64,000 nucleotides of DNA. It comes from Lepidodermella squamata (Eukaryota; Animalia; Gastrotricha). A model generated the notes under the pieces. It saw only the letters and a list, made by a program, of their open reading frames with translations. It was not told where the DNA came from and ran no database searches. Shown here piece after piece: positions 11,486 through 24,083 of the stretch (position 1 is the stretch's first letter; each line of letters begins with the position of its first letter). Where the stretch lies: positions 310,001 through 374,000 of the forward strand of contig JBLDXI010000034.1 in assembly GCA_047495785.1 (NCBI GenBank), read 5' to 3'. Made by a program: the position numbers and the translations under genes.

Positions 11486-14400
11486 ATGAGTAGCAGCGTG
11501 AGGTTCCAATTTGCGGCTATTATAATCATCGCGCTTTATTTGCTGACAAATGCCAAGAGCCAGGTAACCGTGGGTCCAGCGCCTGGAGCTACTGGTAAGT
11601 TTTATGCAGAAAATATTGTTTTAATTGTTTTTTTTTAAAGAGCAAAATTTTAATTATATTCCTTTCGTATTTTTAACAGGCCCAAAGGGCGAGCCGGGTG
11701 TCAAGGGTGACAAAGGCGACAAGGGTGACAAGGGAACAACTGGCGACAAGGGAGCTCCGGGTGTTCAAGGTTCAAAAGGCGATCCGGGTAAGTTATTTGT
11801 AATCCATATAGACAACAAGTTTTGAAGCTTTAATTCGTAATAAAAATGTTTGTACATGAATGAAAAATTAATTAAAAATAATAAAAATAATAAAAATTAA
11901 TTAAAATAATTAAAATTGAATTGAATTATGATAACTAATTCATCCCAAATATAAAACCATTTCTGATTTTTTGGTGTTATTAAATAATTTTGTAAAAAAA
12001 AATTTGCTCAGTTAATCCGCCAAAAATAACAGGAAAATATAAATTAATCAAAAATAATTAAAAATAATTCCCCAAGAATTACAGGAAAATCCCAGCTTAA
12101 TAATAGGTTTTTTTTGGCACCCATTGTTATAATTTTTAGGCAGCGAACCCTCTAGAACCTTCTGGACCTAATTATTTTATTTTCGAATTGTGAGTTTCAT
12201 AATCTTCAGTATTTTTTAATTTTTTATTGAAGGCGTCGATGGAGGCAAAGGCGACAAAGGCAACAAGGGAGATTTGGGACCGCAAGGCTCACAAGGCATA
12301 CAAGGCACCCAAGGCATACAAGGTGTGCAGGGTCCTGTTGGTTCCAAGGGTCAAAAAGGCGAACTGGGTGATATTGGATCAATTGGATCCATCGGCTCGA
12401 AGGGCTCTACCGGAGACAAGGGTGCCCAAGGTGATATGGGATCTATCGGCTCTATCGGCTCCGTTGGCCCAATCGGGTCAAAAGGTGACACGGGCGGTAA
12501 AGGATCAACTGGCGACAAGGGTGATCTAGGTGTTCCAGGTTCAAAAGGCGAACTGGGACCGCAGGGTACGATATTTCGAATCCATTTGAGACGGGCCCTA
12601 ATTTTCTTTGATACAAAACTAGGTTCGGCTGGAGCCGACGGAGCCGCTGGCTCGCAAGGTCTCAAAGGCGAAAAAGGTCAGTTTTCGAAATTCTCAATTG
12701 TTCTTTTCATAGTTTTCTGTTTTATTTATTCTATGTACTATTAAACAGGCGAGGTGGGCCTGCAAGGCTCAGCCGGAACTGATGGGATTGAAGGTGAGAT
12801 CAACTCTGCTCTCTTTTTATTTCTTATTCTGTTGAATTAATCCAGGAGCTCAGGGTGATACGGGTGATAAGGGTGACAAGGGTGATCAGGGCGAAATTGG
12901 CTCCATCGGGTCGATCGGCTCGAAAGGCTCCACCGGTGACAAAGGCGACCAAGGTGATGTTGGATCCATCGGCTCTATTGGTTCAAAGGGCGCCTCGGGT
13001 GACAAGGGCGACCAGGGTGATATTGGATCCATTGGATCCATCGGCTCGAAAGGCTCCGCCGGTGATAAAGGTGATCAGGGCGATATTGGATCAATCGGCT
13101 CTATTGGATCGAAGGGCTCCACGGGTGACAAGGGTGATCAAGGTGACATCGGCTCCATAGGATCTATCGGCTCGAAGGGTTCCACGGGTGATAAAGGCGA
13201 CCAAGGTGATATTGGATCAATCGGCTCTATGGGTTCGCAGGGCGCCACGGGTGACAAGGGTGATCAAGGTGACATCGGCTCCATGGGATCTATTGGCTCG
13301 AAGGGTTCCACCGGTGACAAAGGCGACCAAGGTGATATCGGTTCAATCGGATCGATCGGCTCGAAAGGTTCCACGGGTGACAAGGGTGATCAAGGCGATA
13401 TTGGATCGATCGGATCGATCGGCTCAAAGGGTTCCACCGGTGACAAAGGCGACCGTGGCACGGACGGCTCGAAGGGTGATCAGGGCGTTATTGGATCATT
13501 CGGATCCATCGGCTCGAAAGGCTCCACCGGTGACAAAGGTGACAAAGGCAACAAGGGTGATTTGGGACCGCAAGGCTCCCAGGGCATCCAAGGCGTCCAA
13601 GGCATCCAAGGTGTACAGGGTTCAATTGGTTCCAAGGGTCAAAAGGGCGAACTAGGTGATATTGGATCTATTGGCTCGAAAGGTTCAGCTGGCACAAACG
13701 GGTCGAAGGGTGACGATGGAGACAAAGGCGACAAAGGCAGCAAGGGTGATCTGGGACCGCAAGGCTCACAAGGCACCCAGGGCATCCAAGGTGTGCAGGG
13801 TTTCATTGGTTCCAAAGGCCAGAAAGGCGAACTGGGTGATATTGGATCTATTGGCTCGAAAGGTTCCGCTGGCACAAACGGTTCCAAAGGTGACGACGGA
13901 GACAAAGGCGACAAGGGCAGCAAGGGTGATTTGGGACCGATGGGCTCTCAAGGCATCCAAGGTGTGCAAGGTGCAATTGGTTCCAAGGGTCAAAAAGGCG
14001 ACCTAGGTAACGTCGGATCGATCGGATCTATTGGCTCGAAGGGCTCAACTGGTGACAAGGGTAACCAAGGTGATATCGGATCAATTGGATCAATCGGCTC
14101 AAAGGGCGCCACAGGCGATAAAGGCGATCAAGGTGATATTGGATCGATCGGCTCTATTGGCTCGAAAGGCTCCACTGGTGACAAGGGTGATCAGGGCGAT
14201 ATTGGATCAATCGGTTCCATCGGCTCAAAAGGTTCCACTGGTGACAAGGGTGATCAGGGCGATATTGGATCTGTCGGATCCATCGGTTCCAAGGGCGACA
14301 CGGGTGACAAAGGCGACAGTGGCACGGACGGCGCAAAGGGTGACAATGGTGTCCAAGGTGACATTGGCTCCATCGGCTCGAAAGGCTCAACTGGTGACAA

Positions 14401-15981
14401 GGGTGACAATGGCAATAAGGGTGATTTGGGACCGCAGGGCTCACAGGGCATCCAAGGCGTCCAAGGCATCCAAGGTGTGCAGGGGGTGATTGGATCCAAG
14501 GGTCAAAAAGGCGACCAAGGTGATATTGGTTCCATCGGATCTATTGGCTCGAAAGGTGCCGTTGGCACAAACGGTTCTAAAGGTGACGATGGAGACAAAG
14601 GTGACAAAGGCAGCAAAGGTGACTTGGGACCGCAAGGCTCACAAGGCATCCAAGGTGTGCAGGGTGCACTGGGTTCCAAGGGCCAAAAAGGCGAACTGGG
14701 TGATATTGGATCCATCGGCTCGAAGGGTTCAGCTGGCACAAACGGGTCGAAGGGTGATGACGGAGACAAGGGTGACAAAGGCAGTAAGGGCGACATGGGC
14801 TCACAAGGCATCCAAGGCATCCAGGGCATCCAAGGTGTGCAGGGTTCCATTGGTTCCAAGGGTCAAAAAGGAGAACTAGGTGATATTGGATCTATTGGCT
14901 CGAAAGGTTCCGCTGGAACGAACGGGACGAAAGGTGACGATGGAGACAAAGGCGACAAAGGCAGCAAGGGTGATTTGGGACCGCAAGGTTCTCAAGGTAT
15001 CCAGGGCATCCAGGGCATCCAAGGTGTACAGGGTTCCATTGGTTCCAAGGGTCAAAAAGGCGACCAAGGTGATATTGGATCAATTGGATCCATTGGTTCG
15101 AAGGGCTCCACTGGTGACAAAGGTGATCACGGTGACATTGGATCCATCGGATCCATCGGCTCGAAGGGCTCCTCGGGTGACAAGGGTGACCATGGGGACA
15201 TTGGCTCTATTGGTTCGAAAGGCGCTACTGGCGACAAAGGTACCCAAGGTGATATCGGTTCAATGGGATCCATCGGCTCGAAGGGTTCTATGGGCGACAA
15301 AGGAGATCAGGGTGATATTGGTTCAATGGGATCGATCGGCTCAAAGGGTTCCACTGGCGACAAAGGTGATCAGGGTGATATCGGATCCATCGGATCCATG
15401 GGTTCCAAGGGCGCCACCGGTGACAAAGGTGACAGTGGCACGGACGGCGCGAAGGGTGACAAGGGTGCAGCAGGCCTAAATGGTCTACAGGGTGCAAAGG
15501 GTGAATCGGGCGGTCAGGGCATCCAAGGTTCAGTCGGTTCGAAAGGTGACAAGGGTGATGTTGGCTCGAAGGGTGCGGATGGTCTTCCGGGTTTAGTTGG
15601 TCTATCTGGTTTGGCTGGGATCCTGGGCCCTCAAGGCTCGAAAGGCGACAAAGGATATAAAGGTAACCCTTTCGCCTTAATAATCGCCCGAATCACTCGG
15701 TACTTTTAAATTTGTACAGGTGATAAAGGTGACAAAGGATTGACTGGTCAAAAGGGCGAAATTGGTATTTTTTATTTAAAAAAAATATATAAATGTATTA
15801 TTGAACATGATTTATGAATATAGGTTTCGGTGTACCTGGTTACGGTTACCCTGGAATTCCTGGTCACCCTGGCAAACCTGGTCGGCCGGGTAAACCTGGC
15901 CGTGTTGACATTCCCAGACTTAAAGATATTTGTTCTGAATTATTCGCCGAACTTCTTTCTGAAAATTTGGAATCTAAATAA
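11486..15981 (+). CDS. Large secreted proline-poor collagen-like protein (~1,200 aa, GSK/GDK/GSI/GDQ triplets)
   Basis: Signal peptide [25 protein letters not shown]. About 8 exons, including one ~2.8-kb exon (~12847-15662) of uninterrupted Gly-X-Y. Ends [31 protein letters not shown]. Confidence 0.9.
12860..15460 (+). repeat. Coding higher-order repeat built from 63-bp (21-aa [21 protein letters not shown]) units interleaved with [12 protein letters not shown]...GQKGELGDI blocks
   Basis: Visible directly in the translation and DNA, with synonymous variation between units. Confidence 0.9.
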
Positions 15982-16443
15982 ATTTATATTTTCTTCACGT
16001 GAGTGATTAATTTGTTGGATGAAAATGGCCTGAGCCTCATTTTCAAAGTTCCTTTCAGGAAAAATAGCGACTTTCCCACCTTTATATTTCGGCGTATAGG
16101 GTCATTTTCGATGACAGCAGCGGCGATCTTATATAGGTTCCAATGATCGCCTTGTTATAAGCAAAATGCGAAAATTCGAAAAAATGCGTGAATAATTCTG
16201 TGGCTGTAATGGTGATAATCAAAATCAAAATCAAAATCGGAGAAAATTAATAAAGTGTTACGATTATGTGACATTTATAATCGTTGAAAATCATTACTAT
16301 TTTTCATCATAACGCAGTGATTAGGCCTCATAGATACTGAATTTTCTTTTTAAATTTTCTGGAATCAAAATGATCGGAAAATTTCAGGAGACTTTAATAG
16401 AGTGGCATATTTAGGCCCATTAAATTTGGTTCTGCTAAAATTG

Positions 16444-16780
16444 CAGCGTGTCCCATAGAAACGCAAGCGAAGAAAATACACTGAAAGGGTACAGAAACTC
16501 TTAAATGAGAAACGAAGCCACATCTCATGGCCAGAAAAATTTCAGAAAAATTCGACAAATTGCTAGAATAGTAATCAAAAGTGTGTCACGTGTTAATGGG
16601 ATTAAAAAAATACGAAGAAATGTGGTCAAATCGGAAAAATACCGAAAATTACCAAACCAGATACCATTTTATATTTATTCCAATAAATCGCTTATAAAAG
16701 ATGGAATAATCTCTCGGTAGGTTTGATTGAAAAAAATTAGTTCAATGTCTTTACAAAAATTAAAAATTGCCAAATCGCAG
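16444..16780. mobile_element. Tc1/mariner-like MITE family copy (degenerate at right end)
   Basis: Starts CAGCGTGTCCCA; the body is the reverse complement of the 62620-62965 copy. Confidence 0.65.
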
Positions 16781-17480
16781 TATTAAACTAAAAGTTTATT
16801 CGAATTTCGTTCTCATTTTTAGGTAAATTTAAGAAATTATAATATTTTAAAATTTTTCAATATTTTTTCAATTTCAATTTATAGTGAAAAATTCCCGATG
16901 GGCAAAAGATCGAATATTAGAATTTTATTTTTCAAAAATAAAAGAGTGACACGGTTTTAGTATTATCGATTGATCCGATGGCTTCGAATTGCGTTCTAAA
17001 ATTATCCTAAAAAAATAAGCAAATTTGAAAAATTGTGATCACCGAGTCGTATTCCGTCAACTGATTCTCGACTATTTAGAAAACAAAAACTCAGCCATGA
17101 CTTCTCATGCCACAACAACTCAGCGTTTATTCAATTATGGAAATGTGAGCCGGACTGAGTATTTTCCAAACATTCAACACATAATGAATCTCTCGTGTTG
17201 GTTTTAGCAGCCTATTGGCAATCGCAGCTTAATAGGGACATTTCTTCTGAATTATTCGCTGAACTGATAATTTTGAATATAGAATAATTATATTTTTATT
17301 GCTGCGTGATTAATTCGAAGGATAAAAACGGACCACGGCTCACTTTTAGAGATAACGGAAGCGCTTATCAGCGCAAATAACACGACACAAACACTTGTTT
17401 TGTTATCTCAGTAACCCTTCCGAGTTGGCTTATAGGGTAATTTTTGATAATTCGGTCAGATTCATTTTTTTTCATTTCAA

Positions 17481-18447
17481 ATGGGAAAATCATGGAAATG
17501 CGCCTCAAATGTTACCTGCGCACTTAATCTCGTATTATCATTAGCCGCTTTTGTGAGTTTAATTAATTAAAAAAAAATTCCGCCTTAATTTCTCATTTTA
17601 ATTTTACAGTTCGCTGGAATTTCGAATGTAATAATAGGAGTTTGCCTAGTAACGGGAGGATTTCCGCGATATCCTATTACTTTTGCTACAAACACTGAAT
17701 ATGGCCTTTTCATGACGGCTATTGGCTGTATTTCAATCGGAGTCGCCATAATCGAATTTTTCTCAATTTTTCAAAGATGGTAAATATTACTCATAATTAT
17801 TCCTGATTTTTCTGAATTTTTCCCTAATTTTTTCCAGCAAAGTTATCAACGAGGGGATTATTATTTTTTCAATAATAATTTTCATGGGCAATTTGGTCGT
17901 CATGATAATGGGCATTGTCTGGGTTGTTAGCACGAAGCAATTTTTCAATAGCAACATAAAATTCTTGGAAATGGGCCTCGAAAACTACAACAACACATAC
18001 GACCATTTTTACAAGGAAAATACCGATCAGTTGCAAAATCGATTCGCGTGCTGCGGCATTAATAGCGTGGACGATTGGGACAAATTAGGCTGGAAGGACC
18101 ATTTGCCGTCGAGTTGCTGCCAGGATTTAGTCGACCCTGGACTTTGTAACCGGAAATACGTCGATTCGCACCATATTGGCGCATGCTACCAGCCGTTTCA
18201 CGACATGTTCTTCAACGTATTCGCGGTTTTTATTTCTGATTACAGCCTCATTGTAGGCGGGCTGTTGGTTGTTATTTCGATTGCGGCGTTTATTGTAGGT
18301 TATTGTCAACGGCAGACGGTGACGCGGAGACGGCGCGGTTATCAAGTGATGGCTGGCGCAACGCATCGTTATAACGTCGCACAGCCCGATTTGACTGACT
18401 CGGAGAAGGAAGCTTTAATTAACACAAGCAATGCATATTCGCAATGA
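17481..18447 (+). CDS. Tetraspanin (exons 17481-17552, 17610-17779, 17838-18447)
   Basis: Four hydrophobic segments and a large extracellular loop with CCG, PxSCC and GAC motifs (FACCGINSVDDW...LPSSCC...GACY). Confidence 0.9.
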
Positions 18448-19200
18448 TATTTACTACAACCTCTATATAATTTATATCAATTTATTTCAAGTTAGAAAAA
18501 CGCCATTTTTCATTTGATGTTGACCAAAATAAACACTAGATACATATATTATTTGGGTCTGAATCTTTACACGACTTGGTTCCATGGCTTAGCAGGGTGC
18601 GAGTGGTCCAGGCGAGAAAACTAATAAAAACCTCAGGGGGAACTTCATGGTAACTTCAAAGATCTCCTACTTCATCCACTGGTGCTTAGTTTCAAACATG
18701 CTTGACTTGTCCAATTAGCTTTCTACTCCTAGGTATAGGAAAGAATTTGAACTTTAAGCGTCTTGTTCATAAAGGTCTCAAAACTAGCCCTAATTTCGGC
18801 AACTTCCTCAAGTGCTTTGTTACCATGAACACCCCAGGTTCCGGCATCACGTCGCCAAGGGAAAGCTCTGAGGTGAACAAACAAAGGCGATTTCCACACT
18901 CAGCTTGCCGAGACGAATTTAACGATATCAAACTTGAGGTATTAGCGTGACTGGACGAGGTGATCCTAATTTCGGCCAGGAGTCTGGGGGACTACAAAAT
19001 TAGCCATAAATCAAGGTAGAATCGTCCGGACCTGCCGAAACCGGCATTTGACAGCCCAAGAACTCATCTATACTTCTGTATTTGCCGAATATTTTCTAAA
19101 AATTCACCATGCTGGTGTTGGGGCCCGAGCCCGACTTTGACCCGTACGCTTTCGGGCCGGCCCTTATGCGACCGGGTAACAGCACTTAACCACTCCGCGC

Positions 19201-19628
19201 TCGGGCCAGTCTGTAACGTGCCCGTATGCGAAGTTTACTGTAACTTTAACAAATTCGAAGGAATCACGCTTCACCGCACACGGGCCGGCCAGAGTGTTGG
19301 CCCGAGCACGGCGGAGAACAATAGGAACCAGCGCTATTGTTAGGGACTCGCGCGCGCCGTACCCGGGCCGGGACTTGATACAGTTATCGGGTCGGGCGTT
19401 GGTTGTAGGATGACCCAATCCCGGCGATCCAAGCCCGACGGCTCGAATCGAGATGTCCGAGCCCGGCGGCCCGAGTGCGGCGCTGAACAATAGCGCTGGT
19501 TCCTATTGTTCTCCGCCGTGCTCGGGCCAACACCCTGGCCGGCCCGTGTGCGGTGAAGCGTGATTCCTTCGAATTTTTTAAATTTACAGTAAACGTCGCA
19601 TATGGGCATGTTTTAAAGCGGCCCGAAA
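19201..19628. mobile_element. GC-rich foldback/palindromic element (MITE-like)
   Basis: ~125-bp arms (19215-19340 vs 19486-19612) are near-perfect reverse complements, and the spacer is also partly self-complementary. Confidence 0.8.
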
Positions 19629-20052
19629 TTTTAAAGTAGAAAAAACCCAAAAAGTGGCCGAAATTAGGGCGGGATGCTCTAGCTCTATGGTCTCATTTAG
19701 CATCGCCCGTTCAGCTGGAAAGAAAATCATGGAAAAGCACCCGGTTCACTGAAAACAGCAGCACGTGCGAGACATGGCTGGGAAAACGCGTCCGAACACA
19801 CCTAAGAATGGGCGGTTCTACGAAACGGGTGGTTTTTTGCGTTAATCCAGTGCAACCGAAATGTGTCTTGTTTTTGTTCAGCCCCTCACGCGTCTCCAAG
19901 CTTGGGGATTTCTGGCGCAACTGTCTCCACGCGCTTTGTTTATAACTGGGGACTGAAATAAATAATTTTCTCCAAGCAAACTCTGAACATTTTTCATTAT
20001 TTTCCCGTCAAAAAATCAGTAGTTTTTACAAATAATCCTGCTTGAGCAAACA

Positions 20053-22803
20053 ATGCGATTAATTCTCCCGATTGCCATGTTGTTTTTCGCTGGTGGCAGT
20101 AATGTGGGCGGCGATTGGGCTCGCTGTTTCTCCCAATTCGATGATACGTTCACTAATTGCCGTGAATTGCCATATGGCTGCCAGCGACTACACGAATATC
20201 AAGTAAAACTAGTTGCTAGTTGAGAATTTTAATCAAATATTTTACAGCTTGGAAATAGCGTGCCAGATCAAACGACGTGTCTGAGAGCGGTAAACATTTT
20301 GGCCTGATGATCAGAGCGATTTTAAAGAGTTTTCCTCTGCAGACGGCTAGATTGTGCTACAGACTGCCTACTAATACGGCGACATGTAGACCTGGCAGCC
20401 CGGGTTGCGCGAAAGCAAATGAAATCATGGTTAGTCACTGCGATATTGCTTCAAATTTCACGGAACTGGATGTCCTGTTTCATTCCAGATTGGAAATTCC
20501 TACAACGTCTACTTCCCGTTCAGATCCAATCTGGCAAACTGCTCCACAGATTTCAACCTATTCCCGGTAAAATCCCGATTCTGGAATAAATTTGTGTTTT
20601 ACAATCTGTTCTAATTTGAAGAATCGAAAATTTGATTCGTGCGTTGACGCTACTCAGCAGTTTGTTACCTGCGTTCCAAGTAACAGTCCATGTCCAAATA
20701 ATGCGGTAAGATTTTTAGGGAGATATCGCTATTTTTATTTTGCTTTTAAATTAGGTAAAGTCGAGAACAGGATTCTTGAACTTGGACGCCTGTCTGCGAA
20801 GTATCAGCAGTGAGTTGATAAATTTCATGCATACCTTTTTGTATAAAACTTGATTCTATCTCCAGGTGATACCGCTGATTCAATCAATCCCCATATCCGG
20901 TGCTTCAATGCCTCTTCTGGTGCGTTCACTGGTTGCCGATTGAAATGCTCGGCTGGTGAAACGGCAGAATTTTCAACTGGAATCTACAGAAACAAAGCTA
21001 ACTGCTTATCTTGGGTAAACAAAGTCCCCGCCCAGACAAACGGGGTTGAAACTCGATGCCCTTTAAAATCTCCAGAAATGCGGTCCTAATTTTTCTGAAA
21101 TTCCGAAGACTGATCAGAAAAAATAATCCAATTACATGTTGATCGCTCTTCTAAAACTTGGAACCTAGGAATGATGATCGAACCTCAAATTCGACCTCAA
21201 ATTTGATATAAAACAGTCATGTACCTGCAGTTTTATTCCTGAGTACTTGATATTACAATTTCGAACCTTTTCAGAATGCTGTTCAGTGCGATACTCCAAA
21301 TGGCAAGAAGTGCTACAACATCTGCCCGAATGGTACAACTATGGTAAGCTTGAGCTTCCTTTTGTCACTTCTACTTCGAATGCAAAATTTTTAGGGGAAA
21401 ATATTTTCGAACTCTACAAAGTTTGCCGATAATCACGCAAATTGCCTGGCTGATTTGACGCCGGTTTCCCTACCCAAGTACTTCGTCACCCCCGAGCTAA
21501 ATTCATTCCGAGAGATGATAGCTGCCTGCAAGAATGGCAGCGCACGCCTGGCGACATTCTCCACGGCAGATGATTTAGCCGAGGGCTTGAAACTCTTGAA
21601 CCCAAATAGGGCGACATTCATTGGGCTGGTGAATGATTTCAGATGGGACGACGGCAGCCAAATGGATATTTATTCGCCGTTCTGGTCCCAGAGTACTCCA
21701 TTCTTTAATGGTGAATGTAAGTTGTTGTTTAACACCTTGAAATGTTTTCAAATGTAGTAAAGGGATATTGGTTTATATGTTGTACGAAACAAAGTGTTAT
21801 TGGAATTCTTGGAATTCTACTAGAGATTGTATAATTTATCTTCAAAGAAAGGAATTAGGAATTAGTAATAATTTAGAATGGAATAGTCAATTCCGGGATG
21901 ATAAATTTGTAAAAATGTCATTTATCCTAGGTGTTAAAATGACGAAAGTTGGAATTGCCGATGTAGATTGCTACGGGCAATACCAAGGTCTTTGTTCCAG
22001 CAACGTAAGAATCGAAAATTTGCCTACACTTCAGCTTAAATCATTAATAAATTTCAGACATCGACAAGCCTTGAACTAACTGCAACTAAAGGCAACAGAG
22101 AGGCTATGGCGCAGGCCTGCAAGGATCTCAACAAATCGTTGGCCATCATAAAGGACCAGGAAACATTCGACGCCGCTAAAGCACTGATGGACCCCATCAA
22201 CCCATATTTTGGAGCATTCATCGGCGCAACACTCCCCGACCGGGCCATTTTTGTCTGGATAACAGGCGAGCCGCTCAACTCCACATTTCTCGATTTCTAC
22301 CCGCCAAATCAATCCTCGAGATCTCATTGTAAGGCGAAATACAATTAAATGTTCATTTTGCTTCAAAACCACCTAAAACGTCATGGCGTTGCGCAATCGA
22401 GGCAAAGTGTGCGTTCGTATAGCCCGAATGCCAGCCTAAATTGAGGGTTACCTCTGAGCGGTGACATTTTTAAAATAATGATTTTTTCACATTCTTCGAA
22501 GCTTTGAAAAATTTACTGTTCACCTTGAATCGATTAGCTGTCAAAGTTATATTATAATATTTCAGGGGCTAAAACTCAAATTTGAATTACAAATTACGAA
22601 TACAAATTATGATGAACAACTGATTATCGATCATCGAATTTCGAAGCGAGCGCAACGCGGTGACGTTCTTAGGTAGTGATTCAGACACATTTGCTAACCT
22701 ATATCACATATTCTATCCAGGCGCTAAGCTATTTGCTGGCTATCTTTCAAGCGAATCCTGCAATGCCAAGGGCTTTGCCTTATGCGAGCGCGTTCCAGCC
22801 TAA
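20053..22803 (+). CDS. Secreted Cys-repeat + 2x C-type-lectin-domain protein, copy 1
   Basis: Signal peptide, then DWARCFSQFDDTFTNCRELP..., then CTLD motifs (ARLATF, FIGL..F.WDDG; LAIIKD, FIGA..FVWITGEP). Ends ALCERVPA*. Multi-exon. Confidence 0.85.
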
Positions 22804-24083
22804 TCATTGCGATTGCACATCTAAAGGCTAACGACAAGGCTAAATTAGAACGATTTCCGAGCTGTTTTGGAGCAAGACTAACTGTATTTCTATTCTTAAA
22901 TATCTTGTTATAATTCATTTGGAGTGCAGCATCCAAAAAAGTGTTATTTTAGGTTTCTGGGTTTGTCGCTGATTCGCGATTCAGTGATTTTGTAACGGTC
23001 TGAACCATTTACAGCGTTATTATCTGTTTTCGTGAATAAATCTCATGAATAAAGTTCAAAGCTAAGTAAAACTCTCTAATAGGACTCTATCAAAGATAAT
23101 TATTTGTTCACAAATACAGCCCGTGGTACCATTTCCAGGAATACGTTAATTCGTTAATTTACTACTGCTGGTAATTAAACATTGCATGCAAATGTTTGAA
23201 TGAAACGACTGATAAAACATTTTGCAGAAAGGAACTGCTTCGTGACGTGCATTCGAACCCGTGAGGTATCACGCTTCGAGTCAATTTTGACTAGAGTTTC
23301 AAGTTGCAGTTTGAAGTCTAGTTGCAGTTCAAGTCTTGCTATAGTTTTGTGCCATTTTTAAAAAGCTCTCTATCAAGCTCTCCTCGACGTGTCTATGCGA
23401 CTGCAGATAATTATAATTCCATCCCAGCTCTGAACCCAAGCTGATACTGACAGCTGCAGCTCTTCTGCTGGCTCGAACACCTTTCACCTAAGTTTGATTG
23501 AAGCCATGTCCATTTCCACGAAGCGTTAGATTTTTCAGGGCGAGCACACACATAGGTCTTAAGAAACAATGCTCAATAACTATATTGCCTTTACCGCGTC
23601 CCAGATAATATTTGCCACGGTTTATTTAGATTTGGAACCCCTTCGTGCGCTCTATAATCGTAAAGAGCAATGGCGTAAAGCCAATGGTAAATTTATGCGT
23701 GGTAGCACGGTTGTTGACACAATGCCGCGCCTCTCATTGAAATAACCACGTGACAAGAACGCATTTTTTTAACAGAAGCATTACGTGGACGAGTTTTTTT
23801 ACTGCTTGAGCGGTGAACAACACAAAAACGTAAGAAAAAATGCTTATTTTCTCTTGAAAATGTTTTCTTTTTATGAAGAATTACATGCCTTGAAGTATTG
23901 TAGTCTAACATTCTCTTAGCGCCGGTGTATGACTGGAATTTCAGCCTTTTCGAGTCGACTTTTTTACAAAATCAACTGTTTGTCCCTAAACTAATATTCA
24001 AAGACTCCTGCTCCACTTAATATCTCTAATTCTTGCTTATTCGATCTGTGGAACTTTCAGAAACTCTTCATATCAATTATTAG

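Noticed and set aside
12227-15497. Many alternative-frame and antisense ORFs over the large collagen
   Set aside because: Shadows of the Gly-X-Y repeat codon pattern.
13229-15709. Giant-virus origin of the GDK/GSK-rich collagen
   Set aside because: Only compositional resemblance; the gene has spliceosomal introns, a signal peptide and a tail shared with neighbouring host collagens.
18560-19130. GC-balanced stretch with exon-like minus-strand segments
   Set aside because: Candidate splices run into stops and there is no recognisable domain.
19137-19650. Opposite-strand ORFs with the same peptide (EGITLHRTRAGQ)
   Set aside because: Artefact of the inverted repeat; no independent coding evidence.
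23240-23285. Minus-strand B-box-like GGTTCGAAT suggesting a tRNA
   Set aside because: No matching A-box or cloverleaf.
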